Shown here one piece after another: positions 1 through 12,846 of a stretch of 64,000 nucleotides of DNA. The notes beneath the pieces were generated by a model. It worked only from the letters and a program-made list of their open reading frames with translations, ran no database searches and had not been told where the DNA came from. A program made the position numbers and the translations under genes. Positions within the stretch are counted from its first letter, which is position 1; every line of letters begins with the position of its first letter. The DNA comes from Saprolegnia diclina VS20 (Eukaryota), in assembly GCF_000281045.1 (NCBI RefSeq), contig NW_008246111.1:428569-492568 (forward strand), given 5' to 3'.

Positions 1-621
1 AACGTAGGAGTAGGTGGCTGCCGGGGCAATGCGACGCATCCAGCACCGGGATCGTACGACTACAACGCCTCCAACAACGTCTGCGACTCGTTCCCGATGT
101 TTATGGAAGTCGACTACATCCGAGTCTGGTACGAGAACGACGTCCCAAATGGCACGTTTCAAGTTGTCTGGTGTAGGCAAGACACAAAGACCATGAGCTA
201 CGGTTGTGACCCGGCGTCACACCCGACGAAGGAGTTTATCAAGGCCCACATTACCAACTACACCGACCCACGAAACCACGATATTGTCGTTGCCGGTGGC
301 GCGTCGTGCAACTCGAACGACGACTGCACCGCCGTCGCCAGTGTCACGGGTGCGTGTGTCGAGCATCGGTGCCAGTGCAACGGCGTTTGGACGGGACCCC
401 GGTGCACCAAGTACGATCTCGATACAGTCACGTACGGGCCATCGGCAGGATTGATTGGCGGCGTCCTCGCTGCCGTCGCCGTCGCGTCGGTCGGAGCTCG
501 AATGTGGCGCCGCCGTCACGACCACGCCGTTCTGCAAAACCATGAGATCGAAGTGCGGCGCGAAAAGCGCAGCTCTTGCTCAGCCATGGACGCCGACGCA
601 GTAAACGAGCCGTTGGCTTGA
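1..621 (+). CDS. 3' part of KRE6/SKN1-like (GH16) beta-glucan synthesis-associated protein with EGF-like domain and C-terminal TM (5' truncated by window)
   Basis: FPMFMEVDYIRVW(Q)D..YGCDPASHPTKEFI..H resembles the KRE6/SKN1 C-terminus. Probable 48-nt intron 129-176 (GT..AG). Then CNSNDDC..GAC..CQC..WTGPRC (EGF-like), hydrophobic LIGGVLAAVAVASVGA followed by RRR; stop at 619-621. Confidence 0.75.
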   Translation, partial: NVGVGGCRGNATHPAPGSYDYNASNNVCDSFPMFMEVDYIRVWYENDVPNGTFQVVWCRQDTKTMSYGCDPASHPTKEFIKAHITNYTDPRNHDIVVAGGASCNSNDDCTAVASVTGACVEHRCQCNGVWTGPRCTKYDLDTVTYGPSAGLIGGVLAAVAVASVGARMWRRRHDHAVLQNHEIEVRREKRSSCSAMDADAVNEPLA

Positions 622-1292
622 GCCATCTATCAATCTCATTCGCGTTTCTCGAAAGGAACATTAATGTCTTCCCAGCAAATGTAAGTGGCGGAGCCGAATG
701 CAGCATATCGATGGTTAGGTGTACAAGATAAACCACTTTCGCGCATTGCATGATCAGTTTGACAACCAAGGGTCTTGCATTGTGAGTGGCGCATCGTCTA
801 ACGTTAAAAAATGAAGTTGAAGCTACGATGGGCCTTGGGATGCCAGCCCGTTCGTTGACGCACTCGTCGCGACTGTATCGCCTGGCGCCGGTCTCCTTGA
901 CACCTCGACCTCCAACGCACATCCTAGTTAAGGCTTTGCCAACGACGCGACGAGCGAAACCGAAGGCTTTGTAGCATGGAAGCAGGTCCACACCGCAAGC
1001 AGCTGCAATCACAAGTCAGTTGTCGTGCTGACGCTTGCTCTCGGCAAAGTTTGGGGCAAGGGTTCAGCCCAGGGTTCAGCCGATGTCTGGCCACCCGGCG
1101 CCAGCTCCCGGCGCCTTGCAAGCGATATACAAAGTCACGCGACTGTCTCCATTTGCATCTTGCTTGGTGTATCGAGTACTGGTCCAGTGACATCGCTTTC
1201 CATTTTGGGCGCCGTGGATTGGTGGGATTAAAGCCAATCACCGACGGCGAAATTTCGACCAGCAGTGTGGCATCACTTTTGGAGTGGAGACC

Positions 1293-4200
1293 ATGACGAC
1301 CGACAAGGAGGTAAGCGGGTCTTCTCCAAGAGAGACAGGCGGCCAAGGCTCATGCGGTCTGCTGGTACAGAGAGAGCTTCTCCGCGCAGCGCGCGCTGGC
1401 GACGTCGCAGCGGTCGCCTCGCTGCTTGACGACGGCGTTGACGCCAACTGCAGTGACGTACGACAGTTCCATCCCCTCATGGCGTACTTCTACACGTTGC
1501 GAAGGGCGTCTATACACCGCTGCGCTTTGCTGCGTGCTTTGATCAAATGGACGTGATCCGGCTCTTGATCGACCGCGGCGCCAACATGGAAGCCTGCACG
1601 GCGGTTCGATCCTCCGCTAGTACACTCCTAAATCTCTTGCATGGGTAGAAGGGCGAGTCGCTGCTACTCTGCGCTGCGCAGTCCAACCAGCTCGAACTGG
1701 TCGCGTTCCTCCTCGAGAAGAACGCCAACCTCGATGCGACCGACGCGGTAGCGTATCTCGTCAAATCCAACGACGCTAGACGACGTTTAGGTCGGCAACA
1801 CGGCGCTAATGGCAGCCGAAGAGAACGGTCGACTCCAAGTCGCTCAGCTTTTGCGCGACCACAAGCGCCAGCGCGACGAAACCTACGCGGTACGTTCGAC
1901 GCATGTTGCTAACCGGTGGTGTCATGATGCGTAGCTCTGTACGGCGCTGCGTGCCAAGCACTGGAACGTAGTGAACAACCTCCTCCAGCGAGGCGTCCAC
2001 GACATCAACCTTTGCGATACGGTAAGAACATACGTAGCCTTGCGGTCGCGCGACATGTGTAGGACGGGACGCCCTTGCTCCACCTCGTCGTCGAGACGCA
2101 AAATATATCGCTGCTCGAGCGCCTTCTCCAAGTGCCCGGCCTCGATTTCAACGCAGTGGACGCAGTTAGTAGCCTGCAGAAGTGAATGAATGTTCACACG
2201 TCTTCACTAGACGGGGCGGACGGCGGTGGCCGCTGCGATAACGACGCACAACACGGAGGCCGTGACGCTCCTGCTCATGCAAACCATCGCGCGCGTCGAT
2301 CTCCTCAGCGACGTACGTACGCTTCTTCCAGCGGTGCGACAGACGTGTGGTTAGTGTCCGCTGCGGACGCTGGCGCAAACTTACGTCTTTGGCGCCGCCT
2401 TGCGCCACGCCGCAGCGAGAGGCCACAGCGACACAGTGTCGTATGTGCTGCGTCTCGGCGTGAGCCCGACGACAGCCACTGAGGTCCGTATAACCTTATA
2501 AAACACCTTGCTAGAGTGTGGGGACATCTAGGACGGGGAGACGCCGTTGCATATCGCAGCAGCCCATGGCCAGGATGGAATCGTGGCGCAGCTGCTGGAC
2601 GAAAATGTGCTGCTGGCGATGCGCCGTGACCAGGTACCGTTGATTCTGGCGATGACAAAGCGGCTCAACTCGGCCAGTAGAAGGGAAATGTACCACTGCA
2701 CGTGGCGGCGGCCCACGGCCACACGACCATCGTCACGAGATTGCTCGACGTCGCAGCCGATGCGACGAACGCTGTCAACCATGTAAGATCGTATATGCTG
2801 TGCCTCTCATGTGTGACGTATGCAACGTAGGCAGGTGCGACACCACTGCTTTTGGCTGCAACAGGCGGCCACGCCGATGCGGTGGCGGCGCTGCTAACGG
2901 CCGAGACCGCCACCTCATGTCGTATTCTGGTACAGTAAGGTCATCGACGTCCCTTTGATGATCCATGCGGAGTGTAGGGTGGGACGGGACTCCTGCATGC
3001 ATCCGCGCGCAGCGGCAGCGAGCGTGTTGTCGCCCTTGTCTTGCCGCACTGCAGAGTCCTGGACGCGACCGACGAGGTACGTCGTTCTCTCGATTTCGAC
3101 AAGTGGAATCGGTGGCGATACGGTAGAAAGGACGCACGCCACTGCACCTGGCGGCTGCCAGCGGACACGCGGCGGTCGCTCAGTGCCTCCTCAAGAATGG
3201 GGCGGATCCGACGGTTCGGACGGAGGTGAGAACCAGCGCTTTGCATACGAGTGCCGGAAAGTACCGGTATACAGGAGGAGAAGGCGACGGTGCTCATGGT
3301 GGCGGCCGCCGAGGACCACGCGGCGGTGGTTGACGCGCTGCTGGCGCACCTTGTCCGATCAATTAGCGACCCTCAGTCGCACAACGACTTGAAGCGTGCT
3401 TGCGAGCGACTGAAGTCGTCGCTTGCGCATCTGGACGCGCGCAATTCGGTAGGCGATCCTAGAGCCTGCGATAGCATGCTATATCAAATGTAGTCGGGCA
3501 AGTCCGCGGCAGAGCTCTCTTCAGGCGCGGTGCTACAGCGCTTGAGTGACTGTGCAGCGTCGCTGGCCAGCGATCTCGCACATGTGCGCAAGGCGATGCA
3601 GACTAAAGTATTGTTATCGTGTCGGAGGTTGCTGAAGCCTCATGCAAATATCGCGTAGGAGACGGCGCTTGCGCAAGCTGTCGCGACTTCCGAGTGGGCG
3701 GTAGCTGCGGCGTTGCTGCAAGAAGGTGTCGCACTGGTTCTACCGGCAGACAAGACGGTATTTACCGACAATGGTTCTCGTACTCTTGGAGTCATCGCTA
3801 TGCTAGGAAAATGCTATGCGTGCGGCGCTTGAGAGTCAAGACAAAGAGCTCATCCAAGCACTCGTCCAGGCAGACAAGTCGGCGCTGCTGCAATCGCTTA
3901 AACAGACGCCCGCCCAGCTCCAGCACGAGGTATCTCTACTTTGCTCCTGTCATTGGTCGCTAGATCTGACGCAGATGGCGCTCATGACCCTTGTGGCGGC
4001 CGTGACCTGCGATAATGTGCCGCTGGTGATCGAGCTACTCCGTACTGCTTTGTCTCGGCCTCTGAACCTGGTCTCTTCGGTACGTCACAACGGCATGATA
4101 TTGGTTCCTATGCATTGACATCTAGAGCGGACCGTCGCCGCTGCACGTCGCTGCGAAACGTGCGTCGCTGGGGATGCTCTACGTGCTGCTCACCAAGGAT

Positions 4201-5779
4201 CTCGCGAACATCAACGCCGCAAATGAGGTCCATTTTCTCTTCTTTTGTCATCTCCGGTGAATGCGATGTAGGAAGGGTTCACGGCGCTGGCCATTGCGGT
4301 CCGTGAAGGCCGATCCGACGTCGCTGCGTTGCTTCTCAACGTCGGCGCAGACGTCTCGACGCCGCTACCGGTATGGTCTCTTGAGACTCATGGCGTTGCA
4401 TGGACAAGCGGGTTAGGACCACACACCATTGCTGCACCTCGCGATCACAACGGGCAGCAGTTTGCATCTTCTGGAGCTTCTCCTGTCGGCCCTGCGCATC
4501 GATCTCAACCAAACCGACAAGGTGCACAATATTGTATCAGCAGCCGGAGCTTGAGTACCCGCTTAGGATGGGTACACCGCGCTGGCCAAGGCGGTCGTCG
4601 TTGGCCATGAAGCTGCCACCACCCGTCTGATCGAGAACGGAGCCAACGTGTGGACCCTTCTGCCCGTACACTGTGTATCGTCCTTGCAGCTACTCATGTC
4701 TGTTCTGTCGTAGACCGGGCAGACGCTGTTGGCAGCAGCCATTCAGCACCACCAGCACGCGATCGCAACGGAGCTCTATGCGCGCATGTACCCAGGACCG
4801 GCAGAGGTACTAGACCTCCAATAGCCTGCAACTCGCGTCTTTCCGTCAACCCCTGTAGGCCTCCATGGTGGATGTTGACATGGGCGACCGCATCGCTCGA
4901 CAAGGCGGCGTCGACGTGTACAAGGCCACGTACGCAGGCAAGACCGTCGTGCTCAAGGGCCCTCGATTTCCCAACAAGCACGTCGTCGGCGCCTTGCACT
5001 GCGAAGCGCAAGAAATGCAAGGGTACACTATTTATGACTCTAAAAAGGAGGATGAAGCAAGCGCGAATAGGTGTACGTCGCCGTACGTGCAACCGTTGAT
5101 TGGCATCCTGGACAATGGCTCATTCTCGCCGCTGGTGACGCTACCCAACGGCGACGCGCTGTACAGTCCGACGATGGTCATCGAGTACATGGACGGCGGG
5201 GACCTTCACGAGACGCTCGAGAAGACGCGCTTCGGACGCGACGTTCTTGTGCCCGTCTCGACCGTCGACGTGGCCCTCGTACTTGCCTACGCGCTGAGAG
5301 ATTTGCACCGCCTTGGCAAGGTGCACCGGGACGTCAAGAGCCTCAACATCTTTCTCTCGACGGAGTACTACATTCGGCTCGGCGATCTCGGGTCAGCGCG
5401 GACACTGGACGGTGACTGCATGACGTCCAACGTCGGCACCAAGCTTTGGATCGCACCCGAAGTCGTTCGTGTCGGTCTTGGCGGCAATGGACGTGAGTAC
5501 GGTCCGCCCGCCGACATTTACTCGTTCGGCGTTGTCCTCACCGAGCTCGACACGCGCGAGACGCCGTACGCAGACGTCGACGACAAGAGTTCAATTCCCG
5601 ACCAAGTACGCGACGGCAAACTGCGTCCGAAAATGAGCAACGACTGCGCGCCGTGGCTTCGAACGCTTGCCGACCAGTGCTTGGCGCACGACCCCGCCGA
5701 TCGCCCGACGGCCGACAATATCATTGCGACTCTTCTCGCACACCGTCAGGAGGCCACGAAGGCAACGTCCCCGCCATAA
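1293..5779 (+). CDS. Multi-exon ankyrin-repeat protein with C-terminal TKL-type protein kinase
   Basis: ATG at 1293 followed by a GTAAG intron. Many short exons encode ankyrin repeats (ELLRAARAGD, GETPLHIAAAHG, PLHVAAAHGH, GATPLLLAATGGH, GFTALAIAVREG). The kinase exon has VVLK, EYMDGGDL, HRDVKSLN, DLG, APE and DIYSFGV. Internal exon boundaries are approximate. Confidence 0.85.
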
Positions 5780-6786
5780 AAAGTACGACGTAAGCAGACA
5801 AGATAAGCTCAGTTCCTTTTTCAACGAAATGAACTTTTTGAATGGTTTCTAGGCATCGTTCAGCAACCTTCTCCGAACACGATTTCTTTAACCATGGATT
5901 CTGGAAGAAAAAATAGGATATAGGTATGACAATGTATTAAGTACAGAAATGTCCTCGATCGCGCTGATGCATCTACCAGTATGAGCTGTCTAGAGTTCGG
6001 ACCTGAACGAACGCTTGATTCCTTTTTGAGAGTGCAACTGCCTGTCATCACGCGCTTGATGACAGGCAGTGAGCCAATCGCACGGCGCTACAGTACTCGC
6101 ATTAATACCGAACGCGGAGGCTTGACAATATGTACCGTGACTCGTTGTGATGGCGGCTTTAGGGCTTGACGTCGGCTACATGGGGCGTGGCTTAGACGAG
6201 CACTAGACACCTCTAGACAAACCTTGTGCGATTGCGAAGAGGCTTCACGAATGCTCCAGAGCTGTGTCTTGGTCCCGTCCGTCGGGCTCGTCAGTATATC
6301 GTGAAGGCATGGCAGCTAAAGTCGAAGTGAGCAGTTCGGGCGCCCTCAACTTGAGAGTTGGGATAAGATGCAGTTGGTTGCAGATCTTGATCGACAACGC
6401 GATTGGCTCTTTTTGTTCACACGGCATTGTGATTGGTGCGCAATAAAACCGACGAGCCAATCCAATGATCTCATTTTCTTTCCGAGGAAAAAGCAGCCAA
6501 TCCACAGCGGCCGACGTGGCAGCCTGGCTTTGCGTCCTTGACGTTAGAACCTAGTCGTTGGACGCAGCTGCCAGCTGCACGTTCTATGCCAGCCATTTTG
6601 GCTGCCTCTGCCAATCAACTCCGCCAGTCGATGGCCTTCAAACCTCCAAGGCCGCATACAGAGCTGTGGCATGTCGCCGCAGCCAGGCACCAGCAAGAGC
6701 GGATCACGATCACTGAAACGCATACACATCGTGTAGACGTACTGTAATTGTCTGCTAATCCAGCTCAACCACACAAGACAATACGC

Positions 6787-7602
6787 CTACTGGATAAACT
6801 TGCAGGCGGCGGCGCCCATATCGTCGTGCACGGTCGTCGCGTTGGCGGGGACGCTCTTGAAGAAGCACGTGCCAAAGTTGGGGTTGCCCGGCATCTGCAC
6901 AAAGGTGACGGCGTTGCAGTTCTTGCCGCCCGACGTGTAGTACTGGCATCGATCGAGGCAGCGAGAAAAGCGCGTCTGCGTGTTGCCAATGTCGAAGCCA
7001 TAGTAGTTGGAGTTGCCGGCGCACGTGTACTTGGTGTTGTCAAACTTGGCCGCGCTCTTGCACTCGGGGTCCATCTTGTACGTGTAGACCGTCGAGAGCA
7101 CGATGCACTCGGTCGTCTTCTCCTTCCAGACCGCGTACCACCGGCCGCGGGCCACGGCTTCGTTGACGCACGCTTCAAACGATGTGATACCCGTCGTCGT
7201 GTAGTCGTCCTCGCCGTCGCACTTGTTGTGGCACACGCCGTTGGAGACGACCCAGTTGTCCGGCAGCGTCGCCGCCGACGACCCTGTCGATGTCTCGGGC
7301 ACGCACTGCGAGTACACGTCGGACCACTTTTTGCACGCGCTGCCGGCCGCGCAGGCGGTCGGGCCCGAGTAGCCAGCGCCGCCGCACTTGCCCCAGACGC
7401 CGACTTGGTCCTTCCCGCCGGGCTGGCACTGCGAGTACGCATCGCCAAACGGGATGCAAATCCCGCCGGGCGCACACTCGGTATCACCGAGGTACGTCGC
7501 GCCGCCGCACTGGCCCCAGAGCTCGACCGTGTTGGCCTCGCTGGACCGGTAGTGGTTGGCCGAGGCGCCAAGGGCAAGAAGGGCAAGGGTAGCAAACTGC
7601 AT
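6787..7602 (-). CDS. Secreted 2xCBM1 + PAN/Apple-like protein (CBEL-like), paralogue 1
   Basis: Signal peptide MQFATLALLALGASA, two WG(Q/K)CGG..Y.G.T.C..G..C....YSQC CBM1 motifs, Cys-rich C-terminus C..RC......CNAVTF......C. Intronless. Confidence 0.88.
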   Translation of the reverse strand: MQFATLALLALGASANHYRSSEANTVELWGQCGGATYLGDTECAPGGICIPFGDAYSQCQPGGKDQVGVWGKCGGAGYSGPTACAAGSACKKWSDVYSQCVPETSTGSSAATLPDNWVVSNGVCHNKCDGEDDYTTTGITSFEACVNEAVARGRWYAVWKEKTTECIVLSTVYTYKMDPECKSAAKFDNTKYTCAGNSNYYGFDIGNTQTRFSRCLDRCQYYTSGGKNCNAVTFVQMPGNPNFGTCFFKSVPANATTVHDDMGAAACKFIQ

Positions 7603-8138
7603 GGTGCAAAAGGCAAAGTGAGCTGCCGAGAGCAGTCTCCGACCAAGATCGCGCCCGCAGCCACGTAGAAGGCAAGTCCTTGCAATCGAGCCAAGCAAGG
7701 GGCGCGTGCGCCTTGTATCGAGCAAATACGACGCAAGGAGGGAGTCCCCACGTGCAGCGACCCTGCGACAGCCGCGATAGAATTTTGGCCGACGGTCGCC
7801 ATGGGTGCAGGAGTGGGAAGAGGACGTTCTCTCGCCATGCAGTGGCCAATGCAACGCGCTACAGTACACGGTACACTGAGCAAGGTGCAAAGGAACAAGC
7901 TGGTTTTGACGCACGAGCATTTGGCCTGCGTCGAGTCGACTGTGTCATGGACACTCTCTCATGCTAGTGGCTGCGGCGACGATGCAACAATGCGGCGCTT
8001 CTTGCCATACTAACCAATGGCCGGTGGCAACGACTGCGCCTTAGGTCTGCCCTTGGTTGCGAGAAAAATCGCGTCCGTCACCAAGCCCACGTTTCAAACC
8101 AAAAAGCAATAAGCTTGATACATTGATACTAACAGTCT

Positions 8139-8945
8139 CTACTTGGTCATTTTGCAGGCCGTGGCGCCGAGGTCGCTCTTGCCGGGCGTGGCGCTGCCGT
8201 CGATGAACTTCATGAAGCATGTGCCGTAGTTCTGGCCGGGGTTTTGCACAAACGTGATCGCGTTGCAGTTCTTGCCGCCCGACGTGTAGTACTTGCACGA
8301 GTCGAGGCAGCGCGAGAAGCGCGTCTGCATGTTGCCAATGTCGTGGCCGTTGTAGTCGGCGTTGCCGACGCACGAAAAGTTCTCCGAGTCGAACTTGGCC
8401 GCGCTCTTGCACGCCGGGCTCATCTTGTACGTGTAGACGGTCGAGAGCACGAGGCACTTCTTGCCGTCCCAGACCGCGTTCCACTTGCCGCGCGCGTTGG
8501 CTTCGTTGACGCACGCTTCGAACGACGTGATGCCCGAGGCCTCGACGTCGTCGTCGCCCTGGCACTTGTCAAAGCACACGCCGTCCGACGCCACGTAGCT
8601 CGACGGCAGCGTCGACGGCGAGTCGTTGCTCGGCACGCACTGCGAGTTCCACTCGTTCCAGACCTTGCACGTGTTGCCGGCCGTGCACTTTGTCGCTCCC
8701 GAGTAGTTCTTGCCGCCGCACTGGCCCCAGACGCCGACCTCGTTGTCACCGCCGGGCTGGCACTGCGAGTACCACTCGTTGATGAGCTTGCAGTAAAAGC
8801 CACTCGTGCACGCCTTGTCGCCTTGGTAGTTCTTGCCGCCGCATTGGCCCCACGCGTCGACTTGGTCCGACTCGATGTGGCGAAAGTGGTTGAGCGGCGA
8901 GGCAGCCACGAGCGCAAGGCCCGTCGTGAGGAGCGTGATCTTCAT
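8139..8945 (-). CDS. Secreted 2xCBM1 + PAN/Apple-like protein, paralogue 2
   Basis: [15 protein letters not shown] signal, WGQCGGKNY twice, [28 protein letters not shown]-like pattern. Confidence 0.9.
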   Translation of the reverse strand: MKITLLTTGLALVAASPLNHFRHIESDQVDAWGQCGGKNYQGDKACTSGFYCKLINEWYSQCQPGGDNEVGVWGQCGGKNYSGATKCTAGNTCKVWNEWNSQCVPSNDSPSTLPSSYVASDGVCFDKCQGDDDVEASGITSFEACVNEANARGKWNAVWDGKKCLVLSTVYTYKMSPACKSAAKFDSENFSCVGNADYNGHDIGNMQTRFSRCLDSCKYYTSGGKNCNAITFVQNPGQNYGTCFMKFIDGSATPGKSDLGATACKMTK

Positions 8946-10170
8946 GGAAGCGGTCAGAATAAGAAGTGAGGTCCAGCTTGAGGTAGTGGACGGCGGCGGC
9001 TGCGGATCGGGCGCGTTGAAGTTGGTGCGATCCGCGCAGGATTGAAAAATCGGTCAAATGGAAATCTCCCTATTATAGATAGTGCTAACACTGTGTATAG
9101 TATAAAGACACGGGATATTCATAGATAATTTGTGGGTGCTGCCTCGTACTCTAGGGAATGTGCATTCCAACCAAACCGACACAGGAAGGCCCATGGATGG
9201 GAGTACTGGAAGTAGCCAATGAAAACACAGCACTGATAGGCGGTACACTGTATATACAGTGTATCGTCCACTGGCGAGAAGGGCCATTTGGTCGGAGATT
9301 TCAGCGTTGATAATCCGGCGCGTAATAATTTTGGCGCTTGGTCCTGGCATCCGCCCAAGGACGATCCTTGGTAGCTGGTATTGATTGTGCGTTCGACTAG
9401 GATTCGCACGCTCTTTCCATGGAACTAACTAAATGAGGTCCGAGGGCGTCCGAGGTGCACAGAAAAATGGCCACTGTGTGCGGATTGTGCATGGGATCGG
9501 CGGCAGCCAGCCAAGATCGTCCAACGCTGACGTCGTTCTCATTTTCCGTGCCGATGCCACTGTCGGGCGGCTGCCATCATGGCCTTTGCAGCAACGCGAG
9601 CAGTGGACCGCTGAGCCCCGCATGAAGTAAGCCCATCGGTCGAGAGTTTCGGTCAAGAAGAAGGCGCAGTCAGAGGCGTGGTACTGCACTGCAGACAAGC
9701 GGCGCAGCCGTGTTCGCCACATGTCGCGTGCGGCTTGCCCGACAAATGTTAGTCGTCTTGCCTACACCGCCTGTACGCCAGAGCTGCTTTGCCCTGAATC
9801 TTGGGCGGAGAGTTCGCCAAGGTCGGGCTTGAATTCCCTTGTCCGCCAAGGGCAAAGGTGCTGAACAAGCATCTTTACCGAGGTGACTGTATCCAGACCG
9901 TCTCAAAGATACCTCTTTTCGCCAAAGTGTCGTCAAACGTGCGTTGCAAAATGATCGTACTGATCGCACGCAACTTTATCAGTATCTATCAATCACACAT
10001 TGTCTTGCCTATTGTAGCATACAAATAATACATGTAAAAGAGTGCAAACAGCCAGTGTAGGCCGGGTTGCAGACAGTCTTGAGATATCCATTCGCACCAA
10101 GATCGCCATTGGTACAGGAAGAGGCTCGGGTGCGACGTCGTCACTTGCCAATATCCGACGACCAGTAGCC

Positions 10171-10998
10171 ATGCACAGCAGCCTCTTCACGTCCGTTCTC
10201 CTCGCCGCCTCGGCGCAGGCCGCCCACGTCCACCTCCGCGACATCAAGGCGGCGCAGGTCGACGTCTGGAACCAGTGCGGTGGCAAGGAGTACCGCGGCG
10301 ACACGGCGTGCACAAGCGGCAACTACTGCAAGGTCATCAACGAGTGGTACTCGCAGTGCCAGCCCGGCGGTCAGAGCGAGGTTGGCCTCTGGGGCCAGTG
10401 CGGCGGCAAGAACTACAACGGCGCGACCAAGTGCTCGGGCGGCAACACGTGCAAGGTCTGGAACGAGTGGAACTCGCAGTGCGTGCCGAGCAACGACCAG
10501 CCCGCGACCGCGCCGCTCAACTGGGCGCAGGTCGACGGCGTCTGCTACAACAAGGTCGAGGGCGACAAGGACACGACGACGAGCGGCATCTCGTCGTACG
10601 AAGCGTGCATCAACGAGGCCGACAAGCGCGGCAAGCTGTACGCCAACTGGAAGGACAACCAATGCACGGTGCTCTCGACTGTCTACTCGTACACGCAGGA
10701 CAAGGGGTGCAAGGGCGCGGCCAAGTACAACCTCGACAAGTACACGTGTGCCGGCAACACGGACTTTTACGGTAGCGACATTGGCCAGGCGCAGACGCGC
10801 TTCGACCGGTGCCTCGACGAGTGCGACTACTACGAGTCGGGCGGCCACAAGTGCAACGCGTTCATGTGGGTGCGCAACCCCGGCAGCGAGTTTGGCGTCT
10901 GCTACTTCAAGTCGTTTGACGACTTTAACCGCAAGCCGTCGACGAGCTGGCTCGGCGGCATCTCGTGCAAGCGCAACCCCAAGTACATGCAGCACTAA
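10171..10998 (+). CDS. Secreted 2xCBM1 + PAN/Apple-like protein, paralogue 3
   Basis: [17 protein letters not shown] signal, two CBM1 motifs, [24 protein letters not shown]. Confidence 0.9.
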   Translation: MHSSLFTSVLLAASAQAAHVHLRDIKAAQVDVWNQCGGKEYRGDTACTSGNYCKVINEWYSQCQPGGQSEVGLWGQCGGKNYNGATKCSGGNTCKVWNEWNSQCVPSNDQPATAPLNWAQVDGVCYNKVEGDKDTTTSGISSYEACINEADKRGKLYANWKDNQCTVLSTVYSYTQDKGCKGAAKYNLDKYTCAGNTDFYGSDIGQAQTRFDRCLDECDYYESGGHKCNAFMWVRNPGSEFGVCYFKSFDDFNRKPSTSWLGGISCKRNPKYMQH

Positions 10999-11162
10999 GA
11001 TACCAACCACCGCCTTGTGTTGTTCGTTGTCATTGCAATTGTGTTCGCCGTCAGAGATCTTGCACTCTCTCGCGCACCTTGGTAGTCCCATCGCGGCTTT
11101 TGACGCGGGTGAAACACGTTCAACAGGCAGTTAGTTGGATCAGGTGTAGGATTGCTGTGCCT

Positions 11163-11187
11163 GGTGCTGCCACGTCATCCGGATAAT
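11163..11187. promoter_or_regulatory. Conserved non-coding element GGTGCTGCCACGTCATCCGGATAAT (copy 1; ACGT-core, bZIP-like site)
   Basis: Identical 25-mer at 12664-12688; 16-nt core GTGCTGCCACGTCATC also at 14084-14099. Confidence 0.45.
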
Positions 11188-11315
11188 GTTTGCACTGATC
11201 AAGAGTCTAAGTTTGTATGTTTGAGATATGGACAGGTCGGTTAAACTTTTGTGGGCAAAAGGACATGGATTTAGAGGCTTAGTTGTCGTCAAAACAGCCT
11301 CAAAACTCGATGCGT

Positions 11316-12155
11316 TTACTGCGACGACGCAAGGCGGTTGCACGCAATCGCGCCGAGGTCGTTGATCGACGGGCGCTTGTTCCGGTCGTCAAACGCCTTG
11401 AAGAAGCAGACGCCGTACTCGCTGCCGGGGTTGCGCACCCACGTCGCGGCGTTGCACTTCTTGCCACCCTCGTTGAAGTTTTCGCACGAGTCGAGGCACC
11501 GGTCAAAGCGCGTCTGCGCTTGGCCAACGTCGTTGCCCCAAAAGTCGTGGTTGCCCGAGCACTGCCACTTGTCGAGGTTGTACTTGGCCGCGCCCTTGCA
11601 CCCCTTGTCGAGCGTGTACGAGTAGACGGTCTGGAGCACCGTGCATTGGTTGTCCTTCCAATTGGCATAGAGCTTCCCGCGCTTGCCGGCCTCGGCAATG
11701 CACGCCTCGTACGACAAAATGCCGCTCGTCGTCGTGTCGTTGTCGCCGTCAACCTTGGTGTAGCAGACGCCGTCGACTTGGACCCAGTTGAGTGGCGGCG
11801 AGACGGCCGAGCCCTTCGAGGCGGGCGCAGTTGTCGTCGGCGTCGCGTTGCCAGGAATGCACTGCGCGTACCACTCGTTCCAGGTCTTGCACGTGTTGCC
11901 GGACGTGCACTGGGTGGCGCCCTTGTAGTCCTTCCCGCCGCATTGGCCCCAGACACCGACTTGGCCGTTGCCGCCGGGCTGACACTGCGAGTACCACTCG
12001 TTGATGACCTTGCAGTAGTTGCCGCTGCCACACGCCTTGTCGCCGTTGTAGTTTTTGCCACCACACTGGCCCCAGACGTCGACGACCTTGGTTTCCGCTT
12101 CAAGGGTGTTGGCGACAACGGTGGACGCGAGGGCGAGGATCAGAGCAGCCTTCAT
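11316..12155 (-). CDS. Secreted 2xCBM1 + PAN/Apple-like protein, paralogue 4
   Basis: MKAALILALASTVVA signal, two CBM1, Thr/Pro linker, NHDFWGNDV..CLDSC..CNAATW..CFFK. Confidence 0.9.
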   Translation of the reverse strand: MKAALILALASTVVANTLEAETKVVDVWGQCGGKNYNGDKACGSGNYCKVINEWYSQCQPGGNGQVGVWGQCGGKDYKGATQCTSGNTCKTWNEWYAQCIPGNATPTTTAPASKGSAVSPPLNWVQVDGVCYTKVDGDNDTTTSGILSYEACIAEAGKRGKLYANWKDNQCTVLQTVYSYTLDKGCKGAAKYNLDKWQCSGNHDFWGNDVGQAQTRFDRCLDSCENFNEGGKKCNAATWVRNPGSEYGVCFFKAFDDRNKRPSINDLGAIACNRLASSQ

Positions 12156-12663
12156 GGTGGTGAGCGAGAGGTCGAAAATGGATTTGTGTCGAGACTGGGC
12201 GATGGATCGCGACCTGATGTTCTTCGGTTCGAGACCGACGCTTGGAAGCGTCGTGCGAGGACGCAAGGACAGCTTCAGGACCATGGCTGGTCACCAAGTC
12301 AACACCATGCGTCGGATCGAAATCGAACGATAGAGCACCCCAAGCACGAATTCTTCGATTGCCGAACAACTATGTTGACTTGAAATACACCTCATGCCCA
12401 CGCAAACCCGTCTCGGTAGCGCCATTCCTTGGGATACCTACCTTAGCCACGAAGCTATCAGCTTGAACGCTTCAGCGCCAGATAAAGATATGAAAGACAC
12501 GGGTTTTGATTTTTGATGGCTAGGTCGTTGCAGAGGCTCGTCACGACGAAGTTGATGGATACTTATTCACATAAATGGCACCCTTCTTGACTATCCTTCA
12601 TTCGGCGTACGGTACTTGTTCTTGAGATGGGCCGAGCGAGTACCGTGTCAAAGCTTCGTCTTT

Positions 12664-12688
12664 GGTGCTGCCACGTCATCCGGATAAT
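12664..12688. promoter_or_regulatory. Conserved non-coding element (copy 2)
   Basis: Exact repeat of 11163-11187 within otherwise dissimilar intergenic DNA. Confidence 0.45.
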
Positions 12689-12846
12689 ACGTTCACATCA
12701 TTGCGCTCCTCAGTACCGGTATGCATGGGCTGAAGCTTCAGAGCAGTTCTAGTAGAAGACTGCTGCCTCGAAGAAGTTATGTACATGAAAGAGCGTGTAT
12801 GATTAGTCAATTGTCGTCGATACGAATTCTAAAATTTCTGACTACT

